Positions 54,654-64,000 of a stretch of DNA of 64,000 nucleotides are shown one piece after another (positions within the stretch are counted from its first letter, which is position 1; each line of letters begins with the position of its first letter). The notes under the pieces are model-generated. The model was given only the letters and a program-made list of their open reading frames with translations, was not told where the DNA came from and did not search any database. Position numbers and translations under genes: made by a program. The stretch is from Piedraia hortae CBS 480.64 (lineage: Eukaryota): positions 186,001 through 250,000 of the forward strand of contig MU005957.1 in assembly GCA_010093745.1 (NCBI GenBank). Reading direction: 5' to 3'.

Positions 54654-54809
54654 GCAGGGAGACGGTCAAGTGAAGTGACACAACAACCCGCATCTAGGGC
54701 CTCCGGGAACGAATCGCTCCGAAACCTTAATCTTTGTGACACTCGTGATGATCCAACCGAGATAGTTTTCTATGCACGGTACGTACTGTGAGTCCAATGC
54801 TGCATTTCC

Positions 54810-56036
54810 TTATGCCTTCTCCTTTTGCACTTTCTCCACTCTTTCGGCCACCGACTTGAACAGCGGGTGGGACTCCTCGAGGCCCGTGATGTCCTTGGTA
54901 GCTGCCTTGGCATCCATCGACTTGAGTTTCTTGGCTAGTTCGGCCGACTCCTCGTCTCCCTCGACATTCTGGAAGCGCAAAGCCATCTCAATGCCTAAAG
55001 GTTAACCATTAGCACGCTCCTCCGCACAGGGCACAATGCACTCACTCCCCAACAAGCACTGGTATGGCTGCTTGTGTTCAGCCAACTGAGAAGCCGGTCC
55101 AATGAAGCGTTCCTTGCGGCTCAACTTGCGCAGCGGAGCTCGGCCAACACGTTCGACATTGTCTTGCAACGCCGGGTTTGAAATCCGGCTCACAATACGC
55201 TTGACGTAGTCCATCTGGTCCGCGTGACTGATGTGCGAGTGCGTGGTGCAGATCAAATTGGCCGTCTCCTTGAGCACGTTTTGCACAATGTCATGAAGCT
55301 CTTTGTCAGCCATGACATCGTGGATGTACTTTTTGCCACGCTGGTAGCCATAGTAGGCGGCAGTGGCATGACCTGTGTTAACGGTGAACAGTTTTCGCTC
55401 GATATACGGCTTGAGGTCTTCTACGAAATGCACGCCTTTGATGGCAGGCGGGTCGTTGGGTGCAAACGGCTTGCTTTCGACGCACCATTCATAAAATTTT
55501 TCAATGCGGACGTTGAGTCCGGCATTCTCAGGCTGGATTGGCACGATGCGATCGATGGCCGAATTGGCAAACCTGGCCAATGAGTTGATCTTGCTCTTGG
55601 TGTCGGCGTCCATTTTTTGCTCGATAAAGCCACGAAGCGTGTCGGTGGCTCCGATCGCATTCTCACAAGCGATGACTGCAACTGGCTGATCAGATTTGCG
55701 GGCGGCAATACCCTTAGCAATGGGCTCTGCAATAAACTTGAGAATATTGGGCCCAACTGCGCAGGTGACTGTGTCTGCCGTGGCAATTTCGTTGATGACC
55801 TTTTCCATGTCGTGCTTCGAGTTGATAGCGCGGTAATTGTCAATGGTGAACTCGCGCTCTCCCTCATCGCTGACTTCAGTCACCGTGTACGACTTTGTCT
55901 TTTGCAGTGAGTCGATGATGGAGTCCATCACATCAACAAAAACGACCTCATAGCCCGAGTTGTGCAAAAACTCGGCAACGAAGCCGCGACCAATATTGCC
56001 GCCACCGAAATGAACGCCCTTCTTGGAAGGAGGCAT
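54810..56036 (-). CDS. mpdA: Mannitol-1-phosphate 5-dehydrogenase, 2 exons
   Basis: From ATG 56036: [58 protein letters not shown]. Removing the intron 55045-54995 (GTGAGT...GCTAAT...TAG) extends the frame to TAA at 54810. Confidence 0.95.
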
Positions 56037-56489
56037 GGTAAAGAAAACGGTGTTGAGGTGTTTGAGAAGAAGATAGAACGGGATGTACGGTGAGATGTAC
56101 GATGAGGGTGAAAGACGAGGGGAGATTTTAACTGCCCCGCACCTGCACGTGCAGCTATCAGGGGCTTGGTCATGCATGGGCTACGTCACTCGATCTGGTA
56201 CACAGCTATGTAGGCAGTGCGGCTTCTGGTACTGGTTCTGTTACGGTTTAGAAGCTCATCTGGTACTGGTGCTGTAATAGAGTCACAAGGATTGGAAGTT
56301 ACGTTATACATAGGAACCAGCTGAGCTGCACCATATGCTGCCAAACATACCACTTTTGTGCCATCTGTTCAGTTTTCAGTCGACAGTTGAGCGGAAATTG
56401 TCAGCTCCTTTCTCAAAGGAAATTAGTCTTCAGTCCCGCGTGCTCCGAGTAATTGATTGGCCATAATGGGCTGTCAAAGTTGATGTCAC

Positions 56490-56930
56490 ACCTCATGAAA
56501 AGTTTGTTGCACAATACATTGAGGGAAGGTGTCAACCACCTCGAAATGCAAACTTCAGGCAATAAATTTTATGGCCTCAAGTGGGTTGAGCAGCTCGCTG
56601 ATCCGCGTCCAGAATGGACCGTAGAGCTCGACATTAATACGATCAAGTACGAAGCCGAGAAGGCTGTGGGCCCAGAAAACACTCAAGTCAGCTTCTACGC
56701 CCAAGGCGGCTTCAACCGACTTTTTGAAATCGTCGCTGGCAACAAAACGTACTTGATGCGGGTATCACTGCCGGTCGACCCATACTGGAAGACAAGCAGC
56801 GAGGTTGCCACGCTATCATGGGTAGAAAAGAACACGACCATGCCCGTGCCACACGTTGTGGCGTACAACAGCAATAGGAAAACCGCAATTGGATTTGAAT
56901 GAATGCTGATGACCAAGTTTCCTGGAGTTA
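56490..56930 (+). pseudogene. Truncated APH/choline-kinase-like phosphotransferase (fungal APH/AIM9-like family)
   Basis: FYAQGGFNRLFEI...YLMRVSLPVDPYWKTSSEVATLSWV...MPVPHVVAY...IGFE*MLMTKFPG. The stop replaces the conserved W, and homology ends where the transposase relic begins. Confidence 0.75.
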
Positions 56931-56946
56931 ACAAAGATACGATCCT

Positions 56947-59030
56947 ATGGGTGCCAGAGTACAAGATCCTAAACGCTTTTCCCGGGTCGAATTTCAGTCT
57001 GGTAGCCGAAAATGCGGAACGCCTTGCTCCGGGGTCTGTGGAATTCATAACGAAACCACATTCTGCTCGGGCCTTCGTCACGAAATATGGGGCTGGAGTC
57101 TCCCAATCCAACATCAATTTCTGGACGGTTGGCACAAGCGCCACAACCACTTCCAAATGGAACCCTCTGGAGGTTTGGTCACTAACATTTTCCTGGAAGC
57201 CACGTGTCGTGAGTACTATCCTGCATTCGCAACCAATGCGGTACGGTCACTAATGCCTTTCAAGGAAAATTTCCATACCTCCGCCAATCATTTTGTGGCT
57301 GCTGGGGCAAGGATGAAGGGCAATACCATGATTGATAGCCTCACTCCTGAGTTCGTCCGGCTCCAACGGGGAATCAAAGCTTTTGGTCCTCGGCGTAAGA
57401 GAGCGCAGGTCGTCTTTGGAGAGGTTACCATGGCTCTCGCAAATATTCCTGCAGCTTCTGGTGGAATTTTCCATCAGCACATGAGTAACTGCTCTTGTCG
57501 CAGTTTCTTGTTCAACAAAGCAAGTGTTACGTCGTGGCAAGATGTGGCTTCGGCGGCAGCACCCAGATCCGAAGAGTACTCTCGGGCACTTGAGAGAACT
57601 GAGAATGGCATCAAGCTGCGAATCTACTCACTATACCACTTGGAAGGATCTGATCCGCACCAGACTATCCCATTTGGAATATTGCATGGTGTGCCTCTGG
57701 GGTTTGTCAGAAGCCTCTGGCATCAGTCCTTGGATGACCCGACGATGAAGTCGGACTTTGAGGAGTTGGCTCTCTGCGCAGCATCATCAAATCGGGCTGG
57801 GATGAACAGTTTTCTGGTGTCGCAAGAAATCCTGCTTTGGAGCAAGTCCTTTGTGGGCTCGGATTTTCGGGCTTTGATCGAGGTCTGGCCAGCAACTTTG
57901 GTCTCTTTCTATTCCTCAATGGGACGAACGGGTCCGGTCTGTAGGTTCCCGCTGCTGTGGTGTGTCGCAGCCGATCTTGCCAGGATGATATATTCTAGGC
58001 AGATTGAAGACATTAACCAGTGGGAAGCACTGTTCAAGCATCGTTACAAACATATGCTTCAAATATGGACCGACGTCTGGGGCCTGGAGAGCATCAAGAA
58101 AAAGACCAAGCTTCATATACTTATATATATGCCCGAAATGGTGCGCAGATTTAGTCCACCGCAAGAAGTATTCTCGGAAATCTCAGAGTCGCTCAGTCGG
58201 CACCTGCAGGGATACTTACGGCACTCAAACCATCAAGCAAACTCCTTTGATGCCGCTGGTCATGCGTCAATTGGAGTGGCTCAAATTTTATCTTGCCAAC
58301 CGGGGTTGGTGGAGTCATGATGGCACCCATTTGACACAGGCCGGGGAGAAGTGCATCGAGGCTCTCAACCAGTCGACAATGCGACGGCTGCCGGGCCTTC
58401 CCGTTGAACCGGCTGCACCGACCCACGTGATGAGCATACAATTGCCATCAGGGGACTTGCCAGCTCATGATGGGCTTTATACGAAGTTTGGCTTGGGCTG
58501 GCCCCAAAACTCGTACAAGGCATTTACACGCTTGAATACACCTGTCAAATGCAGTGTTGGGTCGTTGGTGAAATGTGGTGGTGAAACTATTTTTCGGCTC
58601 AGATTCCTCTTGAAACAGCTGGGCACAGCAAATGATGTCGCCCTTCTTGAGGAATTTTATAAAACCACATTGGTAGAACAGCATGGCACCTTTGGGTTTC
58701 CTTTGTTAGCCTCCCGTGAGCGATTCACAACAGCGCCCGTGGGCTCGATCTCCAATGTCCTTAATGTACAACACTTCTGCACTATGGGATGCCGAAAGTT
58801 TGGGTGCCTAACGCAACCAGAAGAGAACGGGAAGGCGTTGAAGGGTTTGCCTGGAGGCACTCCACAGACGGCATGTATGGCAATCGCTGGATCGAAAATA
58901 TCCACATGCTAACGCATGATAATTGATCCTGCTGGGTTGTTTGAGATTAACATATACACGGGATTTGCAAGGGGGTTTGGTATTATCTGATTTTCCCGGT
59001 GAAAAATGTACTTTTGGCAAAACGGCCGTG
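56947..59030 (+). mobile_element. CACTA/Plavaka-like transposase relic (second copy, better preserved)
   Basis: SDPHQTIPFGILHGVPLGFVRSLW and KTKLHILIYMPEMVRRFSPP..FSEISESLSRHLQGYLRHSNHQANSFD. A frameshift leads into ORF 58004-58912 with LNVQHFC..GC. A possible terminus ...AAAACGGCCGTG lies at 59030. Confidence 0.6.
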
Positions 59031-59365
59031 TTCTCTTTTGATATTTATCTGTATGTGTTTGACTTGCCAATAGCCTTGATAGTTCGCGAAATGTCGAGAT
59101 TAGTTGCCCAATCGCCGCACGACGCTGCGTCACGCAACCTGGGCCGCGTGACGCAGTATCATGTTGGGGTTTTGGCTGTGTACGCCCTGTGCTCTGCTGT
59201 TTGCCCGCTCGCCTGTCTGCCAGCCTTTCCTGCATTTCTCGCCTGTTTAACCTTCATTCTCCCACGCATTACTATCTTGGCCCACAACGGCTAACCCGCC
59301 TTCGTCGCCGGCTCTTATTGTTCACATCTTTCCTCCCCAACTCTTCCTCACACTCCACTTTGGCC

Positions 59366-60256
59366 ATGGCCAAAAACATTTCGCCAGAACAACGCCTCAC
59401 TGTCGAGGAGTTCTCTTCCGAGAGCAGAAAGCCCTTCGGCAACGTCAAGTGAAGCTCCTCCTAAGACGAGCGTGACATGGACCGCATGGGCAAAGTGCAA
59501 GAATCGCGCCGGAACTTTAGCTTTCTGCCCACCCTCGGCTTCGTCTCACTGATTCAAGGCACCTGGGAGGGACTATTGGTGTCCAACTACCCTGGCTTGC
59601 TGAACGGCGGTAGAGCCGGTCTCTTCTGGTGCACCATTGCCGTGTGGATCTTAACCAATGGCAGCAGTGCCTCCATGGCCCAGATGGCCAGCACGGCCCC
59701 GACTGCTGGAGGCCAATGCCATGATGTTCTCCGCCATTGGAAACGGGATTTTTGGATGCGCAATGCTTGTGACCTTTTTGTGCGTCCCTGCTTCGATCTT
59801 CTCCATCCGACGGCGAACAGTTTGCTCAGATTTGCCATTACCGATGTCGAGAAGCAAATTATGAATGCCGAAAACAAGGTTCTCGTTCTTTTCATCATTC
59901 ACAGTGCTACAAATTCCAAAACCGGAACCTGCATTTTGGGCACCGTCTCGATTATCCTCTGCTTCTTCTGCACCCTCACAAATGTTGCAAGCTCTTCACG
60001 CCAGGTTTGGGCCTCCAGCCGTGACCACGGCCTTCCCTATGCCTCCGTCATTCGCCAGGTGCATCCCGAATGGGAGACCCCGCTCAAAGCACACCTCATT
60101 TGCCTCGCCATTTCGCTGCTCCTTGGCGCGATCCATTTCGGCTCAAACGTCGCCTCCTTCATCTTCGTCGCCTCCTTCATCCTCACCATCACCTACTACT
60201 TCATCAGCGGCCGCCACCACTACGTCCCACCAGTCCGGCTGGTCAAGACCGAGTGA
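59366..60256 (+). pseudogene. Amino-acid/choline (APC family, GABA-permease-like) permease pseudogene with internal deletions
   Basis: DMDRMGKVQESRRNFSFL..LGF...TWEG...GLLNGGRAGLFW, MASTAPTAGGQ and SSSRQVWASSRDHGLP. In-frame stops at 59450 and 59462; central TM segments are missing. Confidence 0.8.
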
Positions 60257-60582
60257 CCGGCTTGCGCGCGCCGCACATGTCGAGACAAATGTGCACGCAG
60301 CGGGCGGGCAGATTGTGTGGAGGGTAAGCAAGGGCTTTATGTCGTGTGAGGCCTTCTAGAGACTTCGGCACGCGCCCACAGAAGGCGGAAATGCATTGGT
60401 TCAACAGTCAATAAGGGACCAGCATTTGTTGTCCATATCCACAAGTCGGATTAGCGTGTCTGTATATGATTGTTTGCTGCTGCGTCTGTCCACTCTGGCG
60501 GAGAAGGGCTTCGGGGCTTGAAAGGCGTCTTGTCGTTTGGGAACTCGAGGTGATGGCAGCAGAGGACGATGCGTGCGTGTTC

Positions 60583-61513
60583 CAGTGCCCCCAAAACTGC
60601 TTATAATCGAAATCTCGCTTGGTGCAGTAGACTAGGAATTAGTGCCGTTCGATAACTCTTCCAATACGCCATCTAACGAGCCTAATTTGGTGTTTGTACA
60701 ATGCGTGTTGCATGAGACAATGTGAGTTGACTAGTGGCCGGTGATTTGGTTACTTTTGTGCGGGCCAACGCGAACAACAAACGATCATCACGCAAGTAAA
60801 AGTTGCCCAAAACGCGCCAAACTCCCGCAGCACGCGTCATACGCAAGGCCAAATCCATTGGCATAGGTTTGACTTAAAGCGCGCCAGTGTCGTACAATGC
60901 GGCCGCTCGACAGGTCCAAACGCGAGAATGTCCTTGCCAGCTTTCAGCAATACAAATCAGAGCGCAGGATAACCGAAGAAACAGAAGAAAAGAAAAATTC
61001 AAAGACGTTCCCAGGCGTCGAGGAAATGGTAGGAGGACGTCCCCAAAAACTGTCGGGTGTCAACGAACGACGCGCAATGCGTCTATTGAGAACAAGAGAG
61101 TGCGAGTCGGCAGCAGAAGTTGGCTGGCAAGATACGACAAGCCAGCCGCAGGCGAACATGAGCTGATGGAAATAATCAAGGACTATTGGGATTCAGTGAC
61201 CTCGGAAAAATTTATGAACCTCATTAGAAGCATGCCAGACAGGTTAGCGGCGGTGAAAAAAGCGAAAGGGACGCCACCAAGTATTGAAGCTACCCCGCCA
61301 TAAGAATGCCAACATACTTAGACAGCACAGATAGCCTCATGTCTCTCGCTACACGCATTGTAAAAACATCAAACTAGGTTAGTTCGTTGGATAGCACATT
61401 GGAAGGGTTATCGAACGGTACTACTTTCTAGTCTATTGTACCAAGTGAAATGTCAATTATGGACAGGCTCCGTAAAAGACGCTAAATAAGTGGGGCAGTT
61501 TTGTGGCGCACTG
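60583..61513 (+). mobile_element. Internally deleted (non-autonomous) Tc1-like DNA transposon with long imperfect TIRs
   Basis: Termini CAGTG (60583) and CACTG|TA (61513). About 60583-60725 is the imperfect reverse complement of about 61335-61513 (e.g. TAGACTAG, CCGTTCGATAAC, TACAATGCGTGT). It retains GRPQKLS (HTH linker) and WDSVTSEKFMNLIRSMPDRLAAVKKAKG (Tc1 C-terminus) but has no DDE core. Confidence 0.88.
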
Positions 61514-61666
61514 TATGAATGCCAATGCCCCATTACTTGTGCAGCCGGCCCGGCGACGTTGCTTTAGCAGGATGACATAGGATTGACCCGTGGCAAAGGA
61601 AATGCTTCATTGGCGCCTCTGTGCCGGGGCAGTTGTCCGGTGGAAGGGGAGAAAGAAAGACGTAAT

Positions 61667-61752
61667 CTGGAGCCAATGGTCCTGCTACATCTGGCTTGTG
61701 CTCTGTGAGCCACTGGAGCATAAGCCAGATGTAGCACGAGGCCATGCTCTGG
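61667..61752 (+). other. Long stem-loop / inverted repeat, pre-miRNA-like geometry
   Basis: TGCTACATCTGGCTTGTGCTC (61683-61703) pairs with GAGCATAAGCCAGATGTAGCA (61716-61736): 20 Watson-Crick pairs and one G-U. Outer arms ATGGTC/GGCCAT and CTGGAGC/GCTCTGG extend the stem. Confidence 0.75.
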
Positions 61753-62333
61753 CGCTATCCGTGCTGTCATGTCTGGTACTTCGTGTGGAGTGAACGATCG
61801 ATATGTATATCTAGCCGTGGAATTGACTGACCGGGTGATAAATCAGATCGTTAGAAAATTTCCTGGATGGAATCTTGGCGCAGTCACGCCAGAGTCTTTC
61901 CCCTTCCTCTTCACGCTCATGCAGAAATGTTCACCACTGGTATGTGTACTTACTCGACACGTGACGTAATGTCAAAGGGGTATCTTACGACGATGTAGAA
62001 AGAACTTTTTTATGTGGGCCTATGAGGAGAGAGTGACATGCTAATCCGTGCCATGTTATTCATCCAACCCGGGACAGTGAGATTAAATTGATTGAGATTA
62101 AATTGACCAAAGTGCCACGAGTGCTGTCCGCTGACGTTACAGGGCAATGTGTGCGAAAATCGTGCCAGTACACAATTTGAAGCTCCGGTCAAATCTACAT
62201 CATCACTGTGTTTGCATTGTGCTATCACTCTTGTCTGACCAGCCGGACCGGCAGAATCTAGCGCTTCCTGCTCCCAACCAAGTAGTACGCCAGCGCCAGG
62301 GTGCACACCAGCACAAACAGGATCAATGAGTAG

Positions 62334-63800
62334 TTACAGGACTCCTTCCACCAAGTTCCCTCTTCGGTCTATGGGGCCACGAGGAAGGAGAAGATCAGAG
62401 CAATTGCCAGCCAAATCAGGGATAGGTCGTTGAGGACGCCGCCCCGGCGGCCGAGGGACCAGCTTCGAGGGAGAAAGAGGCTGGTCTCGCAGGCGTTTGA
62501 GGCGGATGTAGCCAATGGAGATGAGATAGGATAAGATGGGGAGGAGAGGGGAGACGTTGAAAACGCTGGTCAAGACGTCAAAGGCCACATCCGAGCCGAA
62601 GTTGACCGTGGAAAAGAGGGGGCATACGCCTATGCAGACGACAAGTGTGTTGACAGGAACGGCCTTGCTTGGCGACACTCTGCGCAAAAGGGACGAGAAA
62701 GGCATGCCATCGTCGCGGCTGAATGTCCAAATCTGACGTGACGAGGTGGTCACGACGGAGACGGTGTCGACAAAGTAGAGAATGAACAACGCAGTGCCAA
62801 GGATGCAGGTTGCAGTGTTGGATTTGGTGATGTTGCGAATGATGAATAACACAGGAAAGTCGGAGTCGATATTGATGACTTGCACCTCGATATCGGTTAT
62901 GCAAAAGCTGCGCTGGATGTTATTCGGAGCCCGGCGAAAGAGAGGGAAGAGCCCACGAAAATGTGATGAGCATGATGCATCCCACTAGTACGTTTCCAAA
63001 GATTGCACATAACATTGCGTATGGCAGCTGGGTTGAGGCATCGTTCATCTCATCAGACAAGTGGGCGCCTGCGTCTAGGCCAATGAACAGCCATAGTGGT
63101 GTTGTCAATTCGATTAAAGATGACAAGCCCATGTTGCTCTATTGGCCGCCGTTGCTGTTCTGTTTACGCCATTGAAGGCTTCAACAAGCAGCACTTACTA
63201 GAAGCTCGTGAAAACATCGGAGGCGGACGCATTTTTTAAGGCATTACCCAAAAGATGATGAGGAAACCCAAAAAGCCAAGAACGTGGAGGCAAAGTATGG
63301 CGCCCTCGATCCGTGGCAACTGATCTGCGAGGCAAATATTGAACAATTCAAAAATCACGATGAATGCGAAGGTCATCAGAGTCAGTTGCCAGTTCTTGGG
63401 GAAGCTTGCGTCGGGGGGATATGCTCGCCCAGACAAGGCAGGGCCATCAGGAACAGGGACTCGAGCAAGAGGACCGGCAAGATATCCCGGCCGACTTCCT
63501 TGGGCAACCCATCAAGCAAGCCAGTGGGAGCCACGACCGTGAAAAAGACCTCGACACCCCTGAAAACTGGCTAAGGCTGGTAGGAATCTGGAAAGAGTAT
63601 GGTGGCCCCATAAGGCGCCCTGCGTCAACGCCTGGACGAGCTAAGTTCGTCATTTTGGCCACACCATCACTTCCTCAGGGGAAGGTGGCCATGCAGGCCT
63701 CAAATCATGGCTCCACAGCTCCAAAGTGACATGTTCACTTTTTACAATAAGCTCGGGCCATTCTGTGAGGCCCACGTTAAGAAATATACCAGGTGCCTGG
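62334..63800 (-). pseudogene. Second APC-family (GABA/choline) permease pseudogene, paralogous to 59366-60256
   Basis: Broken fragments: NWQLTLM...QLPRIEGAILCLHVLGF, FIGLDAGAHLSDEMNDASTQLPYAM and TTSSRQIWTFSRDDGMPFS...VNFGSDVAF. The 5' limit is approximate. Confidence 0.8.
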
Positions 63801-64000
63801 GAACGGCCCAGGATAAGCGGCACCCGCAGTTTCATGGAAAGGGATTGTTCAACGCGCTTGTGGGAGTAGTATCTGTGAAGCAGTTGAAGGAGCTCGATAT
63901 TCAAATCAAGAAGAGCCTGACAGAGAGACGCCGGCTTTGTACGGAGCCCGATTACCTCCGGCCCGCTTGCACGTGTGTTTTCGAACGAACATTGGGCGTT

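Noticed and set aside
56900..56902. TGA recoded as Trp (alternative genetic code) in the APH-like gene
   Set aside because: Neighbouring intact genes use TGG for Trp and TGA as stop, and the gene is also truncated, so a nonsense mutation is simpler.
62078..62107. Two-copy 15-bp tandem (TGAGATTAAATTGA), plus similar short duplications at about 60150-60185 and 56224-56280
   Set aside because: Two-copy micro-duplications are common slippage products and have no supporting context.

Overview
This is a 64-kb window of a compact, intron-poor fungal genome, most likely a filamentous ascomycete (Pezizomycotina); this is inferred from gene content, GT-AG introns with CTRAY branch points, dispersed 5S genes and an intron-containing tRNA. 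Blocks of tightly packed housekeeping genes alternate with decayed accessory blocks. Housekeeping genes: a PDR-type ABC transporter (5' part), RPC17, NOP58, an Arp10/Arp11-like protein, a GEN1/YEN1 resolvase, a mutarotase, GPI15, DEG1/PUS3, a carboxylesterase, DHODH, NNR1, an EPS1-like PDI, NDUFA5, CYS4, GLO3, a DUF2415-like WD40 protein and mannitol-1-P dehydrogenase. Accessory blocks lie at about 6.9-17.7, 25.1-30.3, 41.0-46.4 and 56.4-64 kb. They hold Ty1/copia and Tc1/mariner relics, two relics of a CACTA/Plavaka-like transposase, and pseudogenes (TPR, AAA ATPase, F-box/LRR-like, Clr2-like, APH-kinase, two amino-acid permeases). The five most interesting observations are: (1) an apparently ancient tandem array of ~2-kb units, each with an orphan ORF, a 5S rRNA gene with a conserved 3' tail and a TPR-gene remnant; (2) an intact polyQ protein fusing a MULE-type FAR1/AFT DNA-binding domain to a CXC-like Cys cluster with no DDE core; (3) an ~86-nt pre-miRNA-like hairpin beside an internally deleted long-TIR Tc1 element; (4) CACTA/Plavaka-like transposase relics of a type I associate with basidiomycetes; (5) a Clr2-N-like remnant containing a 7x15-bp minisatellite. 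All family assignments come from motifs recognised by eye; no database searches were run.
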